Below, in pieces: positions 39,461 to 49,136 of a DNA stretch of 64,000 bases (positions within the stretch are counted from its first letter, which is position 1; each line of letters begins with the position of its first letter). The translations under genes were made by a program, and so were the position numbers. Source of the stretch: Oligoflexia bacterium (GTDB lineage: Bacteria; Bdellovibrionota; Bdellovibrionia; JABDDW01). The stretch spans positions 10,077-74,076 of the forward strand of contig JAYTHU010000094.1 of assembly GCA_043732305.1 (NCBI GenBank). The letters run 5' to 3'. The notes under the pieces are model-generated. The model made no database searches, was not told where the DNA came from, and saw nothing but the letters and a program-made list of their open reading frames with translations.

Positions 39461-40237
39461 ATGAGCAGTCAACTTCTTCGTAAGTATAAAGAAGAACCTA
39501 GTAAACTCACATCCATGCAAAAAGATAAATTGATTATGGAATATGCTCCCATGATTAAATATATCGCGCAAAAAATTGCAGTGAGACTTCCCTCAAATAT
39601 CGAATTAGATGATTTGATTTCGAGTGGTGTCATTGGACTCATGGATGCAATTGAAAAGTATGATCCTTCTCGAGACAATAAATTTAAAACGTACGCTGAG
39701 TTCCGCGTTCGCGGCGCCATTTTAGATGAGCTTCGTGCGCAAGACTGGGTTCCACGTAGTGTTCGGGACAAAGCTAAGTTACTCGATCGAACTTACGCGG
39801 CACTCGAGCAATCACTCGGCCGTGCGGCCACTGATGAAGAAGCCGCAGCTGAGTTAAAAATGAACATGGATGAATTCTATGATCTCATCAATCAAGTGCG
39901 ACCGGTTTCGCTTTTATCGATAGACGACGTCAATACATTTTCTAACGTCGATAAAAAATCTATTTTGAATTTGCTTGATGTGACTAAAGTGAATAATCCT
40001 CTGAGCCAATTGAATTTGAAAAAAGTTAAAGAAGTTGTCGCGGTAGCGATTGAAGACTTGCCGGAAAAACAAAGATTAGTTCTTAGTCTTTATTATTATG
40101 AAGATCTCAATCTGAAGGAAATTGGGCGAGTGCTCGATGTCACGGAGAGTCGCGTCAGTCAGTTGCACGCTCAAGCAGTCTCTCGTTTACGTTCCAAGCT
40201 CTCCACTTTTTTTGATCAAGACGAAGAAGCTAGCTAA
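39461..40237 (+). CDS. fliA: Flagellar sigma factor FliA (sigma28)
   Basis: DDLISSGVIGL, RGAILDELRAQDWVPRS, ESRVSQLH; likely ATG 39461 (track 39440). Confidence 0.96.
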   Translation: MSSQLLRKYKEEPSKLTSMQKDKLIMEYAPMIKYIAQKIAVRLPSNIELDDLISSGVIGLMDAIEKYDPSRDNKFKTYAEFRVRGAILDELRAQDWVPRSVRDKAKLLDRTYAALEQSLGRAATDEEAAAELKMNMDEFYDLINQVRPVSLLSIDDVNTFSNVDKKSILNLLDVTKVNNPLSQLNLKKVKEVVAVAIEDLPEKQRLVLSLYYYEDLNLKEIGRVLDVTESRVSQLHAQAVSRLRSKLSTFFDQDEEAS

Positions 40238-40244
40238 AATAATC

Positions 40245-41780
40245 CTACGGTCTGAAGTAGTCGTGCAGCGTAGAAGTGTGCGGTTGGGGATGGGGCGTGT
40301 CTTTGGTTTTTTGTCTTTTCCATTGTGCTAGGTCCGTCACTCTGTAATTTTCTGCAGCTTGATCCAACTCAACTTCTGACATCCACAATCCAGATTTTGC
40401 ATACTGCTCCTGATCCGCTTTTATAATAGGAGCGACCATCATCGCCGCCACTCGTTTCACACCGGCAATCATCGCGATCATTGAGCTTGGAACATCTGGC
40501 GTGTAATCCACAGGAATGCTTGAAATCAAAGATGAGATTCTCCAGGCCCAGGGGATTGATCTTGTTGCCCAAAGAACTTTCGCTAATTCAGATTCAACAC
40601 CATCATGAATTTTGTAACCAAGATCTCCCATCATGTGGAGCATGGCGCGTAAGGTGGAATCTTTTTCCCAAGAGTTTCTAACAAGTCGCACGTCAGTCCA
40701 GTCAGCAGCGATATCAAATCGGGAATCGATTTCCATGTCGGCAGGAACCATCATTGGTCCTTGAGAAATACCAATACCCTTGAGAAAAGCTTTGTCCTTA
40801 AAATCAATGTTACTTTTGTGTTCAGGCAGAATGACGGTATCAGTTGAAGCACTCTTAAAACCTTCGTAAGCGACTTGTTCGCACGACATTTTGGTGTGAT
40901 CGTCAAAATCTAGAGCGTAGTTGTAAGGAATGTAGGTGCCAGTTTGTTTCTTTTGCATCACTAGGTTGTAAATATAATCTGACGCATCACTTGCAAGCTG
41001 AGGTTCTTTAGCTCGAAGTATAAGAATGCGTGCGTTTTCATTTTTTAGGGCATAGACAAGGTCAAACGTCGCGACGCCTTTACCAATATAAGATTCAATA
41101 GATTCTGTTTCTGCCCCGACGTGCATAAAAACAATGTGACTGAAGAGTGCGCTTTTTTCCGGCAAGCTTGAGATCAAGCTAGAAGAATAAAGTGAGACTC
41201 CTTTGGTGATCATGATGTCACCATTGCGGAATTTGAATCGCACGTCCTGTCCGTCTAGTCCATTTGCGTAGTGGGCGGGAGAATAAGTTTGCATCGCTTG
41301 AGAGGTGCGATCATAAAGTGGCGCTGGATTTAATGGAGTTTCGAATGTTCCGCCACCAACGGTTTCAGATGCAATCTGCCTGACATCACTGGAAGCCGCG
41401 TAATAATAAACGCTAATGTAGTCTTCAAGTGCTCGCGAATATCGGAAATAATTTTTCATTTCGCGCGCGCAAACATCGGACATTCCAGCAAGATGGTTGT
41501 GAAACTCTAACCTAGTCTGGAACAAGTTTTCCAAAATAACTTTTCCATCCTGTTCAACTGCCAACCGATCCATATCTTTTGGAATGAGAGCTTTTACGTA
41601 AGTCACCGCCGGAGTGAGTTCGGCTAAGCAGCGGCTGGGGTCTAAGGAATGAGTGCGAGCAAACGCGAGAAGATTTTCGGAATTATTTAATGGTTTGGAT
41701 AAAAAAGTGTCCGCAAATGAAGTTGAACCAATAAACACAAAGGTCCCAAGCAAAATTAAAACTATCCGCTGTTTTTTCAT
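40245..41780 (-). CDS. Secreted permuted papain-like (YiiX/YebB, NlpC/P60) amidase-family protein
   Basis: Signal peptide ending SFA; RNGDIMI, FSHIVF (His) preceding YNY...MSCEQV (Cys), the permuted order; GAGGA RBS. Confidence 0.75.
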   Translation of the reverse strand: MKKQRIVLILLGTFVFIGSTSFADTFLSKPLNNSENLLAFARTHSLDPSRCLAELTPAVTYVKALIPKDMDRLAVEQDGKVILENLFQTRLEFHNHLAGMSDVCAREMKNYFRYSRALEDYISVYYYAASSDVRQIASETVGGGTFETPLNPAPLYDRTSQAMQTYSPAHYANGLDGQDVRFKFRNGDIMITKGVSLYSSSLISSLPEKSALFSHIVFMHVGAETESIESYIGKGVATFDLVYALKNENARILILRAKEPQLASDASDYIYNLVMQKKQTGTYIPYNYALDFDDHTKMSCEQVAYEGFKSASTDTVILPEHKSNIDFKDKAFLKGIGISQGPMMVPADMEIDSRFDIAADWTDVRLVRNSWEKDSTLRAMLHMMGDLGYKIHDGVESELAKVLWATRSIPWAWRISSLISSIPVDYTPDVPSSMIAMIAGVKRVAAMMVAPIIKADQEQYAKSGLWMSEVELDQAAENYRVTDLAQWKRQKTKDTPHPQPHTSTLHDYFRP

Positions 41781-41797
41781 AAGATCCTCAATTGAAA

Positions 41798-42811
41798 TTA
41801 ATCAGTAGCGTTATTGATTTTATAGTCGGGAAATACCTTTTGCATGTGTTCGCGCATTCTTAAGAGCACACGCTCTTCTAACTGACGTGCTCGTTCACGC
41901 GTGATACCAAAATGATCTCCAACTTCTTGTAATGTCAGTGGTGGATCTCCGAGCACCCGTTTTTCTAAAATGTATTTTTCTTTCTCATTGAGCAGTTTGA
42001 CGATTTTTTTTATTTCGCGGCGAAAAATAATCTTCTCTTCTTTGCCTGCTAAGGCATCATCGGGTGCCGTCGCGCTATCGTCGGCTTGATTCTCTAGAAA
42101 GGTGCGAGCATTAGAGTCTTCGCCGGAGCCAATGGGAGCATCGAGAGAGAGATCGTGACCGGAAAGTCTTTGTGTCATTTCCACAACTTCTTGCTCAGTA
42201 ACCCCTAAACGCTCACTAAGTACTTTGGTGTTTTGCTTTTCGCCCATGGAATCAAGGCGCGCTTTTTCTTTATTTAAATGATAGAAAAGTTTTTTCTGAG
42301 CTTGGGTAGTTCCTATTTTAACCTGCGAGTAATTTTTCATCAAATACTCTTGAATGTATCCTCTGATCCACCAAACGGCATAAGTAATAAGGCGCACCCC
42401 TTTGTAAGGATTAAACTCTTTTACCGCATGTATGAGACCGACATTTCCCTCTTGGATGAGGTCAATCATTCGTGCGCCAAAGCGAGAATATTCTGCGGCA
42501 ACTTTAACTACAAAACGCAGATTGGAAGTCACTAGCAATTCTGCAGATTTTTTATCTCCCGTTTCTTTTACTTTGACCGCAAGCTCTCGTTCTTGTTCCG
42601 GCGTGAGTAGGGGATAGCGTCTGATATCTGCTAAGTATTTTTGAAGTGGGTCTCCACCAACAAGTCCGGGCTCTGAAGCTGCTGTGTGACTGGGACCATC
42701 TTCATGGTCACGATCAACAACTTCAGGGGCAATAGAATATTTCCGAGGCTTAAGTTTTATTGCTGGTTTTTTAGTTACTTTTTTTAGGGTGGATTTTTTA
42801 GCTTTGGGCAT
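41798..42811 (-). CDS. rpoH: Sigma-32-like RNA polymerase sigma factor
   Basis: NLRFVV, DLIQEGNVGL, YAVWWI, RpoH box KIGTTQAQKKLFY, TRERARQLE. Confidence 0.9.
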   Translation of the reverse strand: MPKAKKSTLKKVTKKPAIKLKPRKYSIAPEVVDRDHEDGPSHTAASEPGLVGGDPLQKYLADIRRYPLLTPEQERELAVKVKETGDKKSAELLVTSNLRFVVKVAAEYSRFGARMIDLIQEGNVGLIHAVKEFNPYKGVRLITYAVWWIRGYIQEYLMKNYSQVKIGTTQAQKKLFYHLNKEKARLDSMGEKQNTKVLSERLGVTEQEVVEMTQRLSGHDLSLDAPIGSGEDSNARTFLENQADDSATAPDDALAGKEEKIIFRREIKKIVKLLNEKEKYILEKRVLGDPPLTLQEVGDHFGITRERARQLEERVLLRMREHMQKVFPDYKINNATD

Positions 42812-42829
42812 AAGAATAATTCTCGTGGT

Positions 42830-43132
42830 TCAGCCCAAAATTTTGGACAATTTTTCTTTTAATGTGTTCTCCACCGTGGATTTGAATGGCGTAAGAAGCA
42901 GAGGCAACGTGACAGTCATGGATATTTTGGTGGGACCGTTCCCAACCACTTTAAAATCACATTCAAATTTAGAGCCTTTGACGTACCCTGTTTTCGTGGA
43001 CTTATCGAATTTCCAGTCCAGGTTCGGGTCCAATTTCTTCAGACCATCACTGCTTTCTAGATAGTCGCAAACTTTGTCAAAAGTGTTATCGAGAGGGAGC
43101 TTTGTTTCATGTTCAACTGTAAACTTGGGCAT
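42830..43132 (-). CDS. Polyhydroxyalkanoic-acid-system (PHA granule region)-like small protein
   Basis: MPKFTVEH...VTLPLLLTPFKSTVE pattern; family call from memory. Confidence 0.6.
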   Translation of the reverse strand: MPKFTVEHETKLPLDNTFDKVCDYLESSDGLKKLDPNLDWKFDKSTKTGYVKGSKFECDFKVVGNGPTKISMTVTLPLLLTPFKSTVENTLKEKLSKILG

Positions 43133-43172
43133 AGAGGAAAGTTATGTTATTTTTCACAAGGGATCAAGCTAT

Positions 43173-43202
43173 TTGACACCCTTTGCGCAATACGAGTATT
43201 CT
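43173..43202 (+). promoter_or_regulatory. Sigma70 promoter of hisS-aspS
   Basis: TTGACA-18 bp-TATTCT ending 8 nt before ATG 43211. Confidence 0.6.
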
Positions 43203-43210
43203 CGAAAAAT

Positions 43211-44503
43211 ATGTCGAAATCAATGAAAGCTGAGCTAATTAAAGGCCCTAAGGGTATGAACGATGTCGTCGAACCTGAAACTTTTGCCTGGCGACACGTC
43301 GAAAGCAAAATCAAATCTCATTTCGAGAATTTCGGGTTTAGTGAAATCCGCACCCCCATTGTGGAGTACACGGCACTTTTTGCGCGCGGGGTTGGTGGCG
43401 AAACTGACATTGTCAAAAAAGAGATGTATAGCTTTTTGGATCGAAATGAAGAAAGTTTAACTCTCAGACCAGAGGGTACCGCATCAGTGGTTCGTGCTTT
43501 AGTTGAACAGAATTTACTCAACACCGATCCTATTCAAAAGCTTTATTATTTTGGTCCCATGTTTCGATATGAGCGTCCTCAAAAAGGCCGCTCGCGTCAA
43601 TTTTATCAGTATGGATTTGAAGTCTTCGGAATTTCCTCTCCGCGAATCGATGCCGAAATTATTTTCATGCTCTATGATCTCTATGAAAAACTTGGCTTGA
43701 AAAATCTGGCCGTTAAAATTTCTTCACTGGGTTGTGAAATTTGCCGTCCCGCTTATTTAGAAAAGTTAGTGGCTGAACTTACCAAAGTGGAATTGCAGCT
43801 TTCTCCGGAGAGCCAGGATCGCCTGAAGAAAAATCCGCTAAGAATTTTAGATAGCAAAAACCCCGTAGACAAAGCGATTGTTGCCGGTATGCCCGTGATG
43901 GTCGATTATCTTTGCGGAGATTGTCTCGCCCATTTTGATTTGGTGAAAAAAGATTTGGAACTTCTAAAAGTAAATTATGTTTTAGATAAAACTTTAGTGC
44001 GTGGACTTGATTATTACAATCGCACGGTTTTTGAAATCACCAGTGATGATCTCGGCGCGCAAAACGCCGTCGGTGGTGGTGGACGTTATGATAAACTTGT
44101 TGAAGAACTCGGCGGAGCGGCTACACCAGCCGTTGGTTACGCCGGCGGCATGGAGCGTTTGATTTTGCTCTTGGCTCCGGAAGCTTCCGCGATGGAAAAA
44201 TTTCGCCCAACACTATCTGCTTTTTTTATTGTTCCGGATGAAGCAGGAAAAGAAAAAGCATTTCTATTTGCAAATGAACTTCGTCAAAATGGCGTGCGCG
44301 TGGAAATTGATCACTCCGCAAGAAGTATGAAATCACAAATGAAAAGAGCCGATCGTTTGAAAGCAAAATATGCTGTCATTATTGGTAGTACTGAAATTGA
44401 AAAGAATTTAGCGGTCGTCAGAAATATGGCGACCAAAGAACAAGTTGAAGTTGAGCTTGGAGAATTAGTGCAAAAAATTATGTCTTTAGAGAGGAATTTA
44501 TGA
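43211..44503 (+). CDS. hisS: Histidine-tRNA ligase
   Basis: KGMND, LRPEGTA, RYERPQKGRSRQF, LVRGLDYY, GGGRYD; start 43211 or 43223. Confidence 0.97.
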   Translation: MSKSMKAELIKGPKGMNDVVEPETFAWRHVESKIKSHFENFGFSEIRTPIVEYTALFARGVGGETDIVKKEMYSFLDRNEESLTLRPEGTASVVRALVEQNLLNTDPIQKLYYFGPMFRYERPQKGRSRQFYQYGFEVFGISSPRIDAEIIFMLYDLYEKLGLKNLAVKISSLGCEICRPAYLEKLVAELTKVELQLSPESQDRLKKNPLRILDSKNPVDKAIVAGMPVMVDYLCGDCLAHFDLVKKDLELLKVNYVLDKTLVRGLDYYNRTVFEITSDDLGAQNAVGGGGRYDKLVEELGGAATPAVGYAGGMERLILLLAPEASAMEKFRPTLSAFFIVPDEAGKEKAFLFANELRQNGVRVEIDHSARSMKSQMKRADRLKAKYAVIIGSTEIEKNLAVVRNMATKEQVEVELGELVQKIMSLERNL

Positions 44504-46323
44504 AGCGCACACATTATTGTGGAGAACTTACCGCAATCCACGCCGGACAAACTGTCACTCTAAAAGGATGGGTTAATACCCGCCGCGATCATGGTGGTTT
44601 AGTGTTTGTCGATCTTAGAGATCGCGAAGGAATCACTCAGGTCATGCTGGATCCCAACGCTAAGGGTATGGAAGCGGCTAAAGATTTACGCAAAGAATTT
44701 GTCATTTCAGCGACTGGGCTTGTTCAAGCTCGCCCAACGGGGATGACAAATAGCAAAATTAAAACAGGCGAAGTTGAATTGATCGTTTCTGAATTAAAAA
44801 TTCTCTCTTCCGCTGCGACTTTGCCGTTTGATCCGGAAGATGCCAATGTGAATGAAATGTTGCGCTTGAAATATCGCTACTTGGAATTACGCTCACCGGC
44901 ACTTCAGGAAAAACTTTTTCTAAGATCTAAATTTTGCAACCTCGTTAGAAATTATTTCGAGGAGAACGGCTTCATTGAAGTTGAAACTCCCATTTTATGG
45001 AAGAGTACCCCTGAAGGAGCACGCGATTATTTGGTTCCCTCGCGAGTGACCCCTGGAAGTTTCTACGCTCTCCCTCAATCTCCTCAAACTTTAAAGCAAC
45101 TTTTGATGATTTCTGGGTTTGACCGTTACTATCAAATTGCTCGTTGCTTCCGTGACGAAGATTTGCGAGCTGATCGTCAGCCTGAATTCACACAAGTAGA
45201 TATTGAAATGTCCTTTGTCGATGAAGAAGATGTCATGCATGTCAACGAAGGTGCATTTAAAGCCATTTGGAAAAAGATCAAAAACGTCGATATCCCTACT
45301 CCGTTTCCACGCATGACGTTTAAAGAAGCCATGGACCGTTTTGGAAATGACAAGCCTGACATTCGCTTTGCTATGGAAATCAAAGATCTTTCCGAAGTCT
45401 GCCGCCATTCCGGATTTAAAGTTTTCGATGACGTTCTTGCACGCAATGGCGTGGTTCGTGGGATCACCGTTCCTGGTGGCGCAAAGTTTTCTCGTAAAGA
45501 TTTCGACGAACTCACTGACATTGCTAAAAAATCTGGAGCCAAGGGCCTTATGTGGGTCAAGTGGGATGACACTGGATTTAATTCTCCAGCAAGCAAATTT
45601 TTAGCTCCAGAAAAACTTCAAGCCATTTGCGAAAAAGTAGCTGGTGGTAAAGACAAAGGCAAAGGCGATTGTGCACTCGTCATTTCTGATGATTACGATG
45701 TTGCCTGTCGCACACTCAGCGTTTTGCGTTTGCATCTTGGTAACAAGTTAAACTTGATAGACACGACCAAAGATTTATTTCTTTGGGTCACAGATTTCCC
45801 TCTTTTGGAATTTGATCCACTTGCCAAAAGATGGAACGCCCTCCATCACCCTTTCACCGCACCTCAAGAGCAGGACATGGAAGCTTTCTTGTCCGGTGAA
45901 CATGACAAAATGGTGAACATCAAAGCCAGAGCTTACGATCTTGTTTGTAACGGTTATGAAATTGCTGGTGGCAGTATCCGAATCCACAGACAAGACGTTC
46001 AAGACGCTATGTTTACGGCGCTGAAAATCACAAAAGAAGAAGCACAATTGAAATTTGGATTTTTCTTGGAAGCTCTCTCATACGGAACTCCGCCGCATGG
46101 TGGAATTGCATGGGGAGTAGATCGATCGGTAATGATTTTATGCAAAACTGATTCTATTCGTGAAGTCATTGCGTTTCCAAAAACTCAAAAAGCTGCTGAT
46201 CAAATGTCCGAAACTCCGAGCGAAGTCACTCGGGATCAATTGGCTGAACTTGGTATCAGGATTGCGCTCGACAGTCGTAGTACCGGTGCCATTGAAACTT
46301 TAGCGCCGGATTCCGCCAAATGA
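44500..46323 (+). CDS. aspS: Aspartate-tRNA ligase (likely non-discriminating Asp/Asn)
   Basis: RTHYCG, RRDHGG, PEGARDY, FRDEDLRADRQPEFTQ, PPHGGIAWG. Confidence 0.97.
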   Translation: MKRTHYCGELTAIHAGQTVTLKGWVNTRRDHGGLVFVDLRDREGITQVMLDPNAKGMEAAKDLRKEFVISATGLVQARPTGMTNSKIKTGEVELIVSELKILSSAATLPFDPEDANVNEMLRLKYRYLELRSPALQEKLFLRSKFCNLVRNYFEENGFIEVETPILWKSTPEGARDYLVPSRVTPGSFYALPQSPQTLKQLLMISGFDRYYQIARCFRDEDLRADRQPEFTQVDIEMSFVDEEDVMHVNEGAFKAIWKKIKNVDIPTPFPRMTFKEAMDRFGNDKPDIRFAMEIKDLSEVCRHSGFKVFDDVLARNGVVRGITVPGGAKFSRKDFDELTDIAKKSGAKGLMWVKWDDTGFNSPASKFLAPEKLQAICEKVAGGKDKGKGDCALVISDDYDVACRTLSVLRLHLGNKLNLIDTTKDLFLWVTDFPLLEFDPLAKRWNALHHPFTAPQEQDMEAFLSGEHDKMVNIKARAYDLVCNGYEIAGGSIRIHRQDVQDAMFTALKITKEEAQLKFGFFLEALSYGTPPHGGIAWGVDRSVMILCKTDSIREVIAFPKTQKAADQMSETPSEVTRDQLAELGIRIALDSRSTGAIETLAPDSAK

Positions 46324-47297
46324 AATCCGCCGTTATTGTAAACCCCTATTCCGGGGGAGGCAGAACGGCTGCGATGTGGCGCGGAGTGCGAAATGAAGTT
46401 CGCTCACGTTTAGGATCTTTGGAAGAATTTGTAACCAAAGGTCCAATGGACGCGACCAGGTTTGCTAAGCAAATCGCTCATTCGGACTATGAGCTTTTGA
46501 TCGTCGCCGGCGGCGATGGAACAATCAACGAAGCCGTCAATGGACTTTATGATTTGAACGCTGAAGGAAATTCTGGCGGCCACACTGTAGTCCAGGCCGT
46601 TCACGGTGGATTTCCTAAACCAATTAATCTTGAATTGAAATTTGGAATTCTCAGTGCCGGCCGCGGTTGCGATTTTATAAAGAGTGTTGCTGTGCCCGAA
46701 GATGCACGAAAGGCCATTGATCTATTTATCGAGCCGAAAGTTCAAAAAATAGATATTGGGTTGTGTCTTTTCAAAGATGAGTTTGGCCGAGACAAACAAA
46801 GATTTTTTGTGAATATCGCATGTGCTGGTGTTGCTGGCAAAGTGGCAAAACAAGTGAGTCACACTCCAAGATTTTTGCCTCCCTCATTGGCTTACTTCTC
46901 TGCGGTTGTCACAAACTTTGTGACTTATCGCCCGCAACGATTACGAGTTTTATTAGACAATAAAGAATTTTTCGAAGGCTTAGCTATGAATGTGTTTGTC
47001 GCCAATGGTGGATATTCTGGTGCGGGCATGTGTTGGGCGCCAAATGCTCAAGTGGACGATGGTTTTTTCGACGTGATATTGGCAGAGCCTTCTCCCAAAC
47101 TCATGACTTTGCTTCAGCAACACAAAATTTATGATGGCAGTTTTCTTGAAATCCCTGGCGTGCATCACAAGCTTGCCAAAAAAGTTGTCATTGAAACACA
47201 AGAAGACGTGTTGCTAGAAATCGATGGCGAACAGCCGGGCCTTGCTCCAGCGCTGTACACCATCCTACCCAAATCTCTCAACTTGGTTGTCGCTTAG
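46320..47297 (+). CDS. Diacylglycerol/lipid kinase family protein (YegS/BmrU-like)
   Basis: VNPYSGGG, AGGDGTINE, GRGCDF, DDG, EIDGE. Confidence 0.9.
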   Translation: MKSAVIVNPYSGGGRTAAMWRGVRNEVRSRLGSLEEFVTKGPMDATRFAKQIAHSDYELLIVAGGDGTINEAVNGLYDLNAEGNSGGHTVVQAVHGGFPKPINLELKFGILSAGRGCDFIKSVAVPEDARKAIDLFIEPKVQKIDIGLCLFKDEFGRDKQRFFVNIACAGVAGKVAKQVSHTPRFLPPSLAYFSAVVTNFVTYRPQRLRVLLDNKEFFEGLAMNVFVANGGYSGAGMCWAPNAQVDDGFFDVILAEPSPKLMTLLQQHKIYDGSFLEIPGVHHKLAKKVVIETQEDVLLEIDGEQPGLAPALYTILPKSLNLVVA

Positions 47298-47397
47298 GTA
47301 CGCCGTACCGTATCCGCAAATCTGGAGCAGATAGACATTCTAGCGGTTTTGGTACGTAACATAAGCTGAGAAGCTAAGGCTTACCAATGGACTCACC

Positions 47398-47431
47398 TTA
47401 AGTCTCAAGTTCCTCCACCGATAGCCGAAAG
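47398..47431 (+). promoter_or_regulatory. Two overlapping sigma28 (FliA)-type promoters
   Basis: TTAA(47398)-N15-ACCGATAG and TCAA(47405)-N15-GCCGAAAG. Confidence 0.65.
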
Positions 47432-47528
47432 TATAGTAAGGGGCATTTCCTAGGACTGGGGATGCGCGGATTATCAATTCAGGTCTCGTGGGTAGGATTA
47501 AAGTCGAGACGCTGTTGGAGGTACGTTT

Positions 47529-47996
47529 ATGTCAATGCTTGCGCGCTATAAGAAACCAGGTGGAGTGGAACAGCTGCTCTCACTTCTCGAATCATGCTTG
47601 AGTAAGAAGAAAGAACTTTTGCTTAACACCATCATGCAGGAAGACAAAGCTTTCGGCGAAATGATCAAAGCCAAAATTCTCACCGTCGATAAAATTCTAA
47701 AATGGGATCCGCTTATTGTGTCAGAAGCCTCTGCTAAAGTGGGAGAACGAACTCTCGCTGTGGCACTCAAAGGACTTCCTGAGGAAGCTTTTGCGGTTCT
47801 CACGCACACGATGCGAGATTTAAAGAAACGCGAAATTGCGAATCTTCTTGAGACAGTCAAACCAACTAATGTCGAAATCGAATCTGCTTTTATCAAGATC
47901 ATTGAAAAAGCTCGCGAGCTCGAACGCTCCGGGCAAATCAAACTTGATGAAAACGAGATGCCCATTATTGGTGTTGCGATGGCCAAAGCCGCTTGA
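47529..47996 (+). CDS. Stand-alone FliG C-terminal-domain protein
   Basis: GG linker, LAVALKG, EIESAFIKIIEKARELERSGQI resemble FliG_C; GGAGG RBS. Confidence 0.75.
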   Translation: MSMLARYKKPGGVEQLLSLLESCLSKKKELLLNTIMQEDKAFGEMIKAKILTVDKILKWDPLIVSEASAKVGERTLAVALKGLPEEAFAVLTHTMRDLKKREIANLLETVKPTNVEIESAFIKIIEKARELERSGQIKLDENEMPIIGVAMAKAA

Positions 47997-48002
47997 GCAG
48001 AT

Positions 48003-49136
48003 TTATGTGATCTCTTCTAGCAGGTAGCCGAAATCTTCGGCTCCACGCAAAAGTGCGGTCTGAGAAACTACTCTCAGGCCGTTTTTTTTTGAGCAAATAA
48101 TAACAACATCAATGCTGTCCACAATGATTTGTCTGACGGCATGCATGCTCCATTGGGAACACGCTCTGAGCACTAAAGATTCCAAACGCTTCAGCGCATG
48201 TTGTGCAGAATGTGCGTGCAATGTGCAAATGGCTCCTCGGTGGCCAGTTGAAAGCGCGTCCAATAGTGTCAGCGCCTCTGCGCCTCTCACTTCGCCCACC
48301 ACAATTCGATCGGGTCTCATGCGCAAAGTATTTTTCAACAAAAGCGAAAGATCTACCGCTGGAATTAAACCTTCTGGATCAGGTCGGGTGATCATTGTCA
48401 CGTGGTGAGGGCCAACACTTCCGAGCTCCGGGGTATCCTCCAATGAAACGATTCTCTCACTCGGTGAACATTCTTTTAGAACCGCACGCATGAATGTGGT
48501 TTTGCCCGAACCGGTAGCCCCGCAAACTAAAATATTTTTCTTTTCCGAAATCCATCCCCGTAGCTGTCCTAAAAATGTCTGTGAAAACATTCCCTGCAGC
48601 AGAAGATCGTTTAGTCCCCAGTTCTGGTGCCCGTGTTTTCTAATCGTCACAACGGGAGTCTGACTGATGGGTGGTAGACTTAGGTGCACGCGGGCATTTT
48701 CAAAAACTCCGTCTACCAGCGGATGCCGAATGTCGCCTGTTTTATCGATAAGTTTCAGAAGGTTTTTAATAAATCGAGAATAGATCACCGGTGAGGAAAA
48801 ACCATTTTCAGCTCTAAACAGCAATCCTGATTTTTCATAGAAAATTTGATCGTGAGAATTTGCGCAAATTTCGGTAACCTCAAGATCGTCTAATAATTTT
48901 TGTAGCGGTCCAAATCCATCAATCTCAGACTTTAGTTCTCGAATCCAATCGGCAATATCACCTTCGCTAGACTCGTAAATTTTATGGCCTTCGCTATTTT
49001 CGTAGGATTGGTATTTAGTTAAAATCAAATTGATCGTGTGATCCGTGGTATTTTCATCTATGCCAGCCAGCACTTCATCGACCAATTGCGAGAAGTCAGG
49101 CTTTTGACGAAGATCCATTAGAAGTCTTCTTTCCAA
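48003..49136 (-). CDS. cpaF: Tad/Flp pilus assembly ATPase CpaF/TadA
   Basis: GFGPL, VCGATGSGKTT, LEDTPEL, LRMRPDRIVVGEVRG, TGHRG..TLHA; start 49136 or 49118. Confidence 0.92.
   Translation of the reverse strand: MERRLLMDLRQKPDFSQLVDEVLAGIDENTTDHTINLILTKYQSYENSEGHKIYESSEGDIADWIRELKSEIDGFGPLQKLLDDLEVTEICANSHDQIFYEKSGLLFRAENGFSSPVIYSRFIKNLLKLIDKTGDIRHPLVDGVFENARVHLSLPPISQTPVVTIRKHGHQNWGLNDLLLQGMFSQTFLGQLRGWISEKKNILVCGATGSGKTTFMRAVLKECSPSERIVSLEDTPELGSVGPHHVTMITRPDPEGLIPAVDLSLLLKNTLRMRPDRIVVGEVRGAEALTLLDALSTGHRGAICTLHAHSAQHALKRLESLVLRACSQWSMHAVRQIIVDSIDVVIICSKKNGLRVVSQTALLRGAEDFGYLLEEIT

Noticed and set aside
47437..47528. Possible c-di-GMP riboswitch in the sigma28-driven leader
   Set aside because: I could not find the c-di-GMP-I GNRA-tetraloop/receptor and GCAAA elements; kept only as a GGA-rich structured leader pending an Infernal search
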